Below, one piece after another: positions 49,195-57,820 of a stretch of 64,000 nt of DNA; position 1 is the stretch's first letter; every line of letters starts with the position of its first letter. Under the pieces are notes generated by a model that was not told the origin of the DNA, ran no database searches, and worked only from the letters and a program-made list of their open reading frames with translations. A program made the translations under genes and the position numbers. Source of the DNA: Candidatus Fervidifonticultor sextus (GTDB taxonomy: Bacteria; Sysuimicrobiota; Sysuimicrobiia; Sysuimicrobiales; Humicultoraceae); contig JAVKHQ010000004.1 in NCBI GenBank assembly GCA_031459875.1, positions 66,609-130,608 on the forward strand, written 5' to 3'.

Positions 49195-51282
49195 CTATGG
49201 CCGCGGAGACAGCCACGGCTGCTCGAACAAGATGTTCCCCTGCGATCCCACGCCCACCCGGCCGCGGGCCCAGGGGAGCGCGGTCAGCCAGGTCTCCAGC
49301 CAGATCTCCCGTGTCCGACCCCGATACGTCACCGCCGTCGCCAGGCAGTCCTCCCAGAACCTGGTGATCGTCAGGCGATCGTGGAACACCTCGCGGCTGA
49401 ACCCATCATAGAACCCGTAGTAGGAGGCGTGCCAGTCCGGACTGAGTCTGACGTCAAACGAGAGTTCGGCGCGGGCCAGTTGACCCAGAACCGGCTCGTA
49501 CGACAGCGCCGACGCCACCACCCAGTCGGGACGTGGCGCGTACTGGGCCCGCACGACCACCGGGGCCAGGCGGCCGGCCATCGCGTCGAAGGAGGTGTTC
49601 CCGGCCACGGTCAGGTTGAGTCGCCGATAGGTCAGGGTCGCTTCCGCCTGCGCCACGCGGGTGAAGAGCCGGTCGAACGTGAACGGGGTGCGCCCGGCCT
49701 CGTCCTGATACGTCAACCCGACCTGCAGCGTCCACACGTCCCCGAGGTATCGCGTGAACTCCGCACGGCCTGCCGCAAACCCCCGCACATCGCCGGTCGT
49801 GTAGCCCGAGAGGCGCGCCTCGGCGTATAGGGTCAAGACCTCCCGGTCGGACTCGATGAGCGGGCCGCTCAGGTTGAGCCCCAGATCGGTCCGCACGGCC
49901 TCTATGGTGGACGCGAACTGGACCTGGCGGAAGCGACCGACCCCTCCGAGGAGGCGATAGCCCAGTTGTGTCCCGCCCAGCGGCCGGAGTTCCGTCGCGA
50001 ACGTCAGTTCAGGCAGCCGCTCGGTCACCGCACGGAAATCGCCCGGGAACCGATCAGCGTCGAGGTCAATGCGACCCTCGGCGATCAGCGAGGCGGTGTA
50101 GCCCGGCCCCTGGTACTGGAGGGTCAGCCGCGGGAAGAGTTCATCGTCCGCCCCCAACATCGAGGTGCTGCGGGAGAAATCCGCCAGGATCTCGGCCCGG
50201 AGCGCGGGCGCCAGCTGATGGGTGTGGAGCACCCGTGCCGCGTACGTCCAGAATCCGAACCCTCCGAAATCACGATCGGTGAAGCTCTGGTAGAGGGTCG
50301 TCGAGAACCTGGGCCCCGCATAGTAGGAATCCAGGGAGAGGAAGGTGTCGGTGGTCCTGAAGAACGGCCCCGACCGGGTCAGGTAGTCGGTGTACAGCCG
50401 CGCGTTGACCTCGCCCAGGCGCTGCTGGTGGTTGAGGACCAGGCGGAAGTCGTTCCCTGAAGTCCGCCGGTTGTCCAGCCGGTAGAGAAAGGCCGACCCC
50501 GTCGCCGAGGTGGAGCGGTAGGTGTGCTCGAGCCCGTAGCCCGTGCCGAGCCGCTCCATCAGGTCCAGACGCAGGTAGCCGAACTGGTCCGGGTTGAGGG
50601 CGTACGTGTAGAACGTCTTGAGGTAGTAGCCCTCCACCTCGGAATAGCCCGCGACGGGCAGCAGCTGGCTGGCCCGTGGCTCGCGCAGGAACACGATGAA
50701 GTACGGCCAGGTCAGGAGGCGGCGGCCCCCGATCCAGACGCTCACCTGACGGCCGATGATCTTGTCGTTGGGGAACACCTGGAACTCGCGCGCGGTCAGG
50801 TAGACGAGCGGGGCAAGGCCGTCGCACGTGGTGCAGAATCCTTCCCGGGCGGTCGTGACGCCGCCGAGGAGGCCCTCGACGACCGCCGCCCGCAGGTGCA
50901 CCGTGCCCAGCACCGGCGGTCCGCGGTAGTCGGCTTCAGCCTGCTGGATGCGGCCCCTGCGGGTTGTCAGGTTGTACTCCAGTACAGTCCCCCGCACCTG
51001 TGAACGGCCCACCTCGATGGCCACGTGGCCTTCGGCCAGCACGTCGTTGGTGGCCAGATTGGCCTGGAGCCGGTCGGCGGAGATGGTCACATCCTGATAC
51101 ACGACGACCACGTCTCCGGTCGCGACGAGGGTGCGCGTCGCGCGGTCGTACTGGAACCTGCGGGCCCGCAGGGTGACCGGGATGTCCTCTTGGGCACCGG
51201 CCTCGGGCGAACCCACCAGCAGGACTGCCAGGAGGATGGCCGGCACCACCTGGGCACGCCGGCCGGCGGCCCGTGAATTCAC
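49195..51282 (-). CDS. LptD/OstA-like outer-membrane assembly protein
   Basis: N-terminal beta-jellyroll (ATGDVVV, AEGHVAI, YNLTTRRG), TTCD motif, then a large beta-barrel. GTG start overlaps the upstream stop. Confidence 0.82.
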   Translation of the reverse strand: MNSRAAGRRAQVVPAILLAVLLVGSPEAGAQEDIPVTLRARRFQYDRATRTLVATGDVVVVYQDVTISADRLQANLATNDVLAEGHVAIEVGRSQVRGTVLEYNLTTRRGRIQQAEADYRGPPVLGTVHLRAAVVEGLLGGVTTAREGFCTTCDGLAPLVYLTAREFQVFPNDKIIGRQVSVWIGGRRLLTWPYFIVFLREPRASQLLPVAGYSEVEGYYLKTFYTYALNPDQFGYLRLDLMERLGTGYGLEHTYRSTSATGSAFLYRLDNRRTSGNDFRLVLNHQQRLGEVNARLYTDYLTRSGPFFRTTDTFLSLDSYYAGPRFSTTLYQSFTDRDFGGFGFWTYAARVLHTHQLAPALRAEILADFSRSTSMLGADDELFPRLTLQYQGPGYTASLIAEGRIDLDADRFPGDFRAVTERLPELTFATELRPLGGTQLGYRLLGGVGRFRQVQFASTIEAVRTDLGLNLSGPLIESDREVLTLYAEARLSGYTTGDVRGFAAGRAEFTRYLGDVWTLQVGLTYQDEAGRTPFTFDRLFTRVAQAEATLTYRRLNLTVAGNTSFDAMAGRLAPVVVRAQYAPRPDWVVASALSYEPVLGQLARAELSFDVRLSPDWHASYYGFYDGFSREVFHDRLTITRFWEDCLATAVTYRGRTREIWLETWLTALPWARGRVGVGSQGNILFEQPWLSPRP

Positions 51283-52910
51283 CGGGGCGTCGGCGTGGGA
51301 CGGGCCGTCGGGTTGGGGCTCGGGGCGAGAGGTCGGACGACGAACTCTGTTTGGACATCCCCCTCGGCCTCGAAGGTCTCGTGGTCGAGGGAGATCACGA
51401 CGCGGTCGGCCCGCAGGCGTTGTCCATCGGCATCCTGCATCCGGACGTTGCCGGTCACCACGAGGACCCGGGTCGCCTCGGTGTAGGTCGCGCGGTCCCC
51501 CGAGACTGATCGCTCCTTTTGCGTCACGGTCAGCGGCCCGTCGGCCGTGATGTCGCGCTCCCGCAGGGTCATGGTCAGCCGGGTGCAGGTCAGGCGCGTG
51601 ACCGAGGCCAGCGCCTGCTGGTCCCGCGGATCGCGGGGCGGAGCCACCAGGCCCTCGCGGACCAGCCACTCGCCGCTCGTCTGCTCCAGGACCACCCGGC
51701 CGGTCAGGACGAGCCGGTTGGCCGGCTCCGAGTACGTCATGCGGTCGGCCCACGCGGTCTTGTCGCGCTGTCTGACCTCGACGCGGTCCTCGGCCTCGGC
51801 CTCGTTCGCCGCCCAGAGGAAGACGATCCGGCCGGCCGTGACGGTGGTCTCCTCCTTGGCCAGGGCACCCAGGACGCGGTCGGACGGACTCGGCGGCGGC
51901 CCCGGCGACCGGACCAGCACCACCTCGCCGCGCACGTCGGCCCGCCGGGCCTGCAGGTTGGCCAGCAGCCGACGGCCGGTCAACTTCACGCCGGGCCGCG
52001 TGAGGGAAACCCCGCCTTCGGCGACCACATCGCCGGAGGGGGCCTCGTAGCGGAGCCACGATGCGGTCAGCAGGCCGTCGGCCTGTTCGACCGCGACGCC
52101 GCCCGACGCCGTCGTGACCTCGTGGCGCAGGTCGAAATGCATCTCTGGCGACCGCACCGTGGCGTCCGGTCGCCTGAACACCGCGCCGCCCGTGGCCGTG
52201 GCCTGGTCCGTGCGGAACTCGTACCTGACGACAGGCGCCACCAGCGTGGCCTCACGGCGGCGGACGCTCACGGCGCCCTCCGCCGTGGCGACCTGGGCTC
52301 TCGTGTCCACCCGCAGAACGTCGGCGCTCATCGTGACCTCGCCAGCCTCCAGCTGGACATGGCCCGACGCGACGATGAGGTGCGCTCGGGTGTCGTAACG
52401 GATGCGGTCCGCCCGAAGGCGTCCAAAGCCGACCGGGATCTCCTGGGAGCCCCCGGTCGGTGACGGGCGCGTCGTGGTGCCGGTGACCTGACCGACCAAC
52501 TCGATGAGGTGGGAATCTTGATCCCAGGTGGCCGCCTGGGCGGTGAGCCGATCCCCTCGGGCCGTGACCAGCGTCAGACCGCCGTCGACGCGCACGGTCC
52601 GGCGGGCGCGATCGAGCACGATGTGGGCGCCCCTCGCTTCTGCGGCCTGCCTGTCGCCATCGAAGAACATGGCTCGGGTGCGGCCGGTAAAGACCGTAAA
52701 CCGCCGGTCCGCGCTGACCTCCACGCGGTCGGCAGTGATCTCGGCCCGCCGGACGCCCCGGTGTCGAAGGACGATGGACGTCCCCGTGGCCCGAACGGCT
52801 GTGCGTTCCACCGGCTGCTCGGGTGCTGCCTGCTCGGTCCGCACCAGCCAGAGGAACCCACCGCCGGCGACCGCCACGGCCACCGTCACGACGGCCAGCC
52901 GCCGCCTCAC
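51279..52910 (-). CDS. Membrane-anchored multi-jellyroll LptC/LptA-like protein
   Basis: N-terminal TM followed by about 10 'ADRxxY..A.G.V' OstA-type repeats. GTG overlaps the upstream permease stop. Confidence 0.8.
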   Translation of the reverse strand: MRRRLAVVTVAVAVAGGGFLWLVRTEQAAPEQPVERTAVRATGTSIVLRHRGVRRAEITADRVEVSADRRFTVFTGRTRAMFFDGDRQAAEARGAHIVLDRARRTVRVDGGLTLVTARGDRLTAQAATWDQDSHLIELVGQVTGTTTRPSPTGGSQEIPVGFGRLRADRIRYDTRAHLIVASGHVQLEAGEVTMSADVLRVDTRAQVATAEGAVSVRRREATLVAPVVRYEFRTDQATATGGAVFRRPDATVRSPEMHFDLRHEVTTASGGVAVEQADGLLTASWLRYEAPSGDVVAEGGVSLTRPGVKLTGRRLLANLQARRADVRGEVVLVRSPGPPPSPSDRVLGALAKEETTVTAGRIVFLWAANEAEAEDRVEVRQRDKTAWADRMTYSEPANRLVLTGRVVLEQTSGEWLVREGLVAPPRDPRDQQALASVTRLTCTRLTMTLRERDITADGPLTVTQKERSVSGDRATYTEATRVLVVTGNVRMQDADGQRLRADRVVISLDHETFEAEGDVQTEFVVRPLAPSPNPTARPTPTPR

Positions 52911-54028
52911 GGGCGCGCCCCCTGGGGCCGCGCGGTGGCGACCATCGGTGCCGAAAGACGGATCCACCCTTCGGCCCAGGCCACCAGGACGACCCCTGCG
53001 GCGAGGAACAGCAAGTTGGGTGCCCAGGCGGCCAGCAGGGGCGAGAGCACCCCCGTCGACCCCAGGGCCCTGCCCACAGACATCACGGCGTAGTACAGGA
53101 ACAGCAGCACCACGCTGGCGGCCACCCCGGCGAAGCGGCCGCCGCGCATCGCCAACAGGCTCAATGGCGCGGCCACGAACGCGAAGACGAGGCTCGCGGC
53201 TGGAATGGCGAACTTGCGGTGGTACTCCATCACCGCCCGGGGCGGCAGGCCGGCGCGGAACAGATCCACCTGGGACCGCAGTTCCCTGATCGTCATCTCC
53301 TCGGGGGTGCGTTGCGCCTCGAAGAAGCCCGACGCATCGAGGCCGACGTTGATCTGGAGGGTGGCAAACGCCGCCTCGTGGGTGGTGAATCCTTCGGCAT
53401 CCAGCTCGCGCAGCACCCCATGGTGCAGCACCCACGTCCGGGTGGACCACCGGGCCCGCTTGGCCGTGATGAGCCGCGGGAGCGGTCCTGCCGATTCAAA
53501 GATCATCACATCGCGCAGTACGCGCGCCTCCCGGTCAATCTGGTTCACGTACAGGACGCGGTTGCCGGGGGCGCGCAGGAAGACCTGTTCGCGCACCTCG
53601 GGAAAGGCCTCCCCCAGCAATGCCCGACGGATCAGCGCATTGGCTCGCTGGTTGGCCCACGGGGAGATGACCTCATTGGTCGCCAGGGTGAGGCCGGTGA
53701 CGCCCAGTCCGAAGGCGATGACCGGCGCGAAGAGCCTCGGCAGGCTCATGCCCATCAGGCGCATGGCCTGCAACTCGCAGTCGCGTGCCAAGCGGCCCAG
53801 GCCCAGCAGCGTCCCGAACAGCGTCGAGACGGGGAAGGTGATGACCATGATGGCCGGCATCTTGTAGGCGAGCAGCCGCATCACGACGGCCAGGGAGACC
53901 CGCCCGCTGGCGATATACTCCGCCAGAGTATAGAAGACGTCCCCGACGAGAATGACGAGGAATCCCCCGAGCCCGAGGACGAAGGGGGGCAGGAGCTCTC
54001 GGACGACGTACCGGTCGATGATGCGCAT
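52907..54028 (-). CDS. LptF/LptG family permease
   Basis: MRIIDRYVVREL, RLARDCELQAMRLMG, PEEMT, YHRKFAIP, AAWAPN. Alternative start at 54055. Confidence 0.93.
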   Translation of the reverse strand: MRIIDRYVVRELLPPFVLGLGGFLVILVGDVFYTLAEYIASGRVSLAVVMRLLAYKMPAIMVITFPVSTLFGTLLGLGRLARDCELQAMRLMGMSLPRLFAPVIAFGLGVTGLTLATNEVISPWANQRANALIRRALLGEAFPEVREQVFLRAPGNRVLYVNQIDREARVLRDVMIFESAGPLPRLITAKRARWSTRTWVLHHGVLRELDAEGFTTHEAAFATLQINVGLDASGFFEAQRTPEEMTIRELRSQVDLFRAGLPPRAVMEYHRKFAIPAASLVFAFVAAPLSLLAMRGGRFAGVAASVVLLFLYYAVMSVGRALGSTGVLSPLLAAWAPNLLFLAAGVVLVAWAEGWIRLSAPMVATARPQGARP

Positions 54029-54068
54029 GGGCCGGTCTGGCGAGACCGCGGACATGAGTCTTCAGCCC

Positions 54069-54103
54069 GCGCACAGGACTCTCCTGCCGGGAGTCCTGTG
54101 CGC
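54069..54103. repeat. 13-bp perfect inverted repeat in a divergent intergenic region
   Basis: GCGCACAGGACTC-N9-GAGTCCTGTGCGC. Confidence 0.8.
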
Positions 54104-54192
54104 CCACTGCGGACCGGCCCCCGGAGGTCTGAAGGGCCGTCGTCTGGGGCATAAGTCTTCGTCGGATAGTACCCCAGATCTGGGGGGCACGG

Positions 54193-54357
54193 ATGACGGC
54201 TGCACACAACTCGTTGTTCATGAGCCTCGCAGGGTTTGGGGTCGGCTGGATCCTGGCCCTGCGGGCCCTCAGCCAGATCGGGCTCCTGGAGACCATGCTC
54301 GGGGTGACGTTCCTCGTCCTGGTGGCCTGGGCCCTGTTCCGGTCGGCCAGATTCTAG
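54193..54357 (+). CDS. Small 54-aa membrane protein
   Basis: Manual translation MTAAHNSLFMSLAGFGVGWILALRALSQIGLLETMLGVTFLVLVAWALFRSARF*; two hydrophobic segments. Confidence 0.65.
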   Translation: MTAAHNSLFMSLAGFGVGWILALRALSQIGLLETMLGVTFLVLVAWALFRSARF

Positions 54358-54403
54358 CGTCCACCCCGGGACTCCCCGAGCAGGAGCCAGGGCTCCCCGG
54401 CGT

Positions 54404-54417
54404 CGAACCTGTGTTCG
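54404..54417. promoter_or_regulatory. LexA (SOS) box upstream of mrfAB-like genes
   Basis: CGAAC-CTGT-GTTCG, 24 nt before the helicase ATG. Confidence 0.8.
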
Positions 54418-54441
54418 CATGGCCGGCGACCGGGGAGTCCG

Positions 54442-56706
54442 ATGACCCTCGAGCAGATCCTCGACCGTCTCCGCAGCGACCCGTCCACCGGGCGCCACTT
54501 CACGGCCTGGCACCATGTCCCCGCGCGTCCCGGCCGCTATGCCCCCATCCCCCATGACGTCGACCCCCGCCTGGCCGCGGCCCTGCGGCGGGCAGGCATC
54601 GAGGCGCTCTACAGCCATCAGGCCGCGGCCTTCGAGGTGGTGCGCTCAGGCCGGCACCTGGTCGTGGTCACGCCGACCGCATCGGGCAAGACCCTGTGCT
54701 ACAACCTCCCGGTCCTCAACGCCCTGCTGGCGGCCCCTGAGACCCGCGCCCTCTATCTGTTCCCGACCAAGGCCCTGTCCATGGACCAGGTGGACGAACT
54801 GCAGACGCTGATCCAGGCCCTGGACGCCCCGATCCGGACCTTCACGTACGACGGCGACACGCCGGGCCCCGCGCGGCGGGCGATCCGGACCGCCGGCCAC
54901 ATCGTCGTCACCAACCCTGACATGCTGCACGCCGCGATCCTGCCGCACCACACCAAGTGGCTGCGCCTCTTCGAGCACCTCCGCTTCGTCGTCGTCGACG
55001 AACTGCACACCTACCGCGGCTTGTTCGGCAGCCACGCCGCCGACGTGCTGCGCCGACTGCGGCGCATCTGCCGCTTCTACGGGACGGCGCCGCAGTTCAT
55101 CTGCACGTCGGCCACCATCGGCAACCCCAAGGAACTCGCCGAGCGCCTGCTGGAAGACGACGTGGCCTTGATTGACGACAACGGCGCGCCGTCGGGGCCG
55201 AAGGTCTTCGCCTTCTACAACCCGCCCGTCATCAACCGCGAGTTGGGCATCCGGCGCGACGCCCTGGCCGAAGCCGAGCGGCTGGCGGATGAGTTCATCC
55301 GAAACCGCATCCCCTTCATCGCCTTCGCGCGCAGCCGCCGATCGGCCGAACTCCTCACCACCGGCTTCAAGCGCCTCGCCAGAGACCACCACATCCCCAG
55401 CGGGCGCATCGCCGGCTACCGGGCGGGCTACCTGCCCGGCGAACGCCGCGCGATCGAGCAGGGCCTGCGCAGCGGCGACGTGCTGGCGGTGGCCGCCACC
55501 AACGCCCTGGAGCTGGGCATCGACATCGGCCGGCTCCAGGCGGCACTGCTGGTCGGCTACCCGGGGACCGTGGCCTCGACCTGGCAGCAGGCCGGCCGCG
55601 CGGGCCGCACGCAGGACCTGGCCGCCGCCATCCTGGTGGCGACCAGCGATCCGCTGGACCAGTACATCGTGCGGCACCCCGAGTATTTCTTCGGCCGGTC
55701 GCCCGAAGCGGGGCTGATCAACCCCGACAATCTCTATGTGCTCACCAGCCACGTGCGCTGCGCCGCCTTCGAACTACCCATCGACGACGGCGAGCGGTTC
55801 GGCCCGAGCACGCTCCCTGAGATCCTGGACTACCTGGCCGGACAGCGCATCGTCCACCACGAAGGCGGCCGCTGGCACTACATCGCCGACGCCTATCCCG
55901 CGCAGGACGTCTCGCTGCGCAGCGCGTCCACCGAGAACGTCGTCATCATCGACACCACCGAGCCGTCGCCACGGGTCGTCGGCGAGGTGGACCTGGCCAG
56001 CGCCCCGGGATTGGTCCACGAGGACGCCATCTACCTCCACCTGGGCCAGCAGTACCACGTGGACCGGCTTGAGTGGGAGGAGCGCAGGGCCTACGTCCAC
56101 CGCGTCGACGTCGACTACTATACGACGGCCCAGATTGCCACCGATATCCGGGTGCTGGCCGAGTTTGCCAGAGGCGACGCCTCGCCGCCCCCGGCCCACG
56201 GCGAGGTCGCCGTGACCTACCGGCCGACGATCTTCAAGAAACTGACGCTGGAGCGCCACGAGACCGTGGGCTGGGGCCCGATCCACCTGCCCGAGTCGAC
56301 GCTGCACACGACCGCCTACTGGCTGGCCCTGCCCGAGCTGCCGATCCCGCGCGAGGAGGTGGAGGGCCTGCTCGTCGGCCTCTCGCACGCGCTGGCCCAT
56401 GTGGCGGCGCTGTTCCTGATGTGCGACCCGCGCGACCTGGGGCGGGCCTGCGAGGTGCACTCGCCGCACACCGGCCGGCCAACGATCTTCCTCTACGATG
56501 CGATCCCCGGAGGCGTGGGGTTCGCCGAGCGCCTCTTCCGCCTGCATCCCCACGTGCTGGCGGCCGCCCGCGACCTGATCGCTGCGTGCCCCTGCGAGGC
56601 CGGCTGCCCGTCCTGTGTGGGACCGGTCTTGGAAGTCGGCAGCCGCGGGAAGGCGCGCGCGCTGGAGGTCCTCGATGCCCGACTGGTGCCCGGGGCTGCG
56701 GGATAA
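54442..56706 (+). CDS. mrfA: DEAH-box helicase with DUF1998 (MrfA/YprA/SftH/Hrq1 family)
   Basis: PTASGKT, DELH, SAT, ALELGIDIG, QQAGRAGR, C-terminal MCD...CPCEAGCPSC. Confidence 0.93.
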   Translation: MTLEQILDRLRSDPSTGRHFTAWHHVPARPGRYAPIPHDVDPRLAAALRRAGIEALYSHQAAAFEVVRSGRHLVVVTPTASGKTLCYNLPVLNALLAAPETRALYLFPTKALSMDQVDELQTLIQALDAPIRTFTYDGDTPGPARRAIRTAGHIVVTNPDMLHAAILPHHTKWLRLFEHLRFVVVDELHTYRGLFGSHAADVLRRLRRICRFYGTAPQFICTSATIGNPKELAERLLEDDVALIDDNGAPSGPKVFAFYNPPVINRELGIRRDALAEAERLADEFIRNRIPFIAFARSRRSAELLTTGFKRLARDHHIPSGRIAGYRAGYLPGERRAIEQGLRSGDVLAVAATNALELGIDIGRLQAALLVGYPGTVASTWQQAGRAGRTQDLAAAILVATSDPLDQYIVRHPEYFFGRSPEAGLINPDNLYVLTSHVRCAAFELPIDDGERFGPSTLPEILDYLAGQRIVHHEGGRWHYIADAYPAQDVSLRSASTENVVIIDTTEPSPRVVGEVDLASAPGLVHEDAIYLHLGQQYHVDRLEWEERRAYVHRVDVDYYTTAQIATDIRVLAEFARGDASPPPAHGEVAVTYRPTIFKKLTLERHETVGWGPIHLPESTLHTTAYWLALPELPIPREEVEGLLVGLSHALAHVAALFLMCDPRDLGRACEVHSPHTGRPTIFLYDAIPGGVGFAERLFRLHPHVLAAARDLIAACPCEAGCPSCVGPVLEVGSRGKARALEVLDARLVPGAAG

Positions 56707-57820
56707 CCTGCTGCGGAACGACGACGGTCCGTCCTACGAGGTACGCCGCCACGCCCGATCCGTGCGCGAGGTCTTCGGTCGGGAAGGACCCCACCCGTCG
56801 GACGCCGGGGCGCTGTTCCTCGACACCGAGACCACCGGCCTGGCCGGCGGCACCGGCACCACCCCGTTCCTGATCGGGCTGGCGGCCGTCGACGACGATG
56901 CGGTGGTCATCGAACAGTTCTTCCTGCGCCGTCTGTCGGGCGAGGCCGCGATGCTGGAAGCCGTGCGGGGCCGCCTCCAGGAGGCCGAGACCCTGGTCAC
57001 CTTCAACGGCCGGCGCTTCGACTGGCCGATCCTGGAGGCACGCTACGTCATGAGCCGCATGCCTCTCGACCCGCCGGCCGACCACGCCGACCTGATGAGC
57101 GCCGCGCGGCGCCTGTGGCACCGGCCGCTGGGCACCTACCGGTTGACTGCCGTCGAACGGCTCGCGCTGGGCATCGAGCGGTTGGCCGACGTGGACTCCG
57201 CCGAGATCCCGGGACTGTACCTCGACTACCTGCGCACCGGCGACCCGGGGCCGCTCGAGCCGGTCTTCGCCCACAACCAGCAGGACGTCCTGTGCCTGCT
57301 GCAGCTGCGCCGCCGCGTCCGGCGGTGGGTCGAGGACGGCGAGGACCCCCCGCCGCCGGTGGACTGGGAAGGCCTAGGCGTGCTGCGGCTCCAGGCTGCC
57401 GAGGAAGCCGGGGCGCTGGCCGCGCTGCGGCGGGCGCTGACGGTGGAGGACGATCCGGCAGTGCGGTGGCGGATTGCCGGCCGGATCGCCCGGCTCCTGC
57501 GACGCCGGGCAGGCTGGGACGACCTCCTGGCGCTGTGGGAGCGCGAGGTCGGCGGGAAGGGGCCCTGGCGGGTCCGGGCGCTGGTCGAGGCTGCGAAGGT
57601 CTACCAGCGTCGGCTGCGGCAACCCGACCGCGCCATCGCGGCGCTGGAGGAGGCCCTGGCCGTCACCGAGTGGCTGCGCCTGTGCGGCGATCCGGCGGCC
57701 GCGGAGCTGGAGGGGCTGGTCCTGGCGCGCCTGGACCGCATGCGTACCGTCGCGGCGCGGCGCGCCGGATTCAGCCTGTCGGCCACGCACGAAGGTACGC
57801 CGCAGACTCTGCAGATGTGA
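56675..57820 (+). CDS. mrfB: YprB/MrfB RNase H-like exonuclease with a TPR-like tail
   Basis: FLDTETTGL, TFNGRRFD, HNQQDV; directly follows the helicase. Confidence 0.9.
   Translation: MPDWCPGLRDNLLRNDDGPSYEVRRHARSVREVFGREGPHPSDAGALFLDTETTGLAGGTGTTPFLIGLAAVDDDAVVIEQFFLRRLSGEAAMLEAVRGRLQEAETLVTFNGRRFDWPILEARYVMSRMPLDPPADHADLMSAARRLWHRPLGTYRLTAVERLALGIERLADVDSAEIPGLYLDYLRTGDPGPLEPVFAHNQQDVLCLLQLRRRVRRWVEDGEDPPPPVDWEGLGVLRLQAAEEAGALAALRRALTVEDDPAVRWRIAGRIARLLRRRAGWDDLLALWEREVGGKGPWRVRALVEAAKVYQRRLRQPDRAIAALEEALAVTEWLRLCGDPAAAELEGLVLARLDRMRTVAARRAGFSLSATHEGTPQTLQM

Noticed and set aside
54442..56706. DISARM/Druantia-type defence helicase (DUF1998)
   Set aside because: The adjacent YprB nuclease and SOS box fit MrfAB repair; no methylase or other defence genes are nearby.
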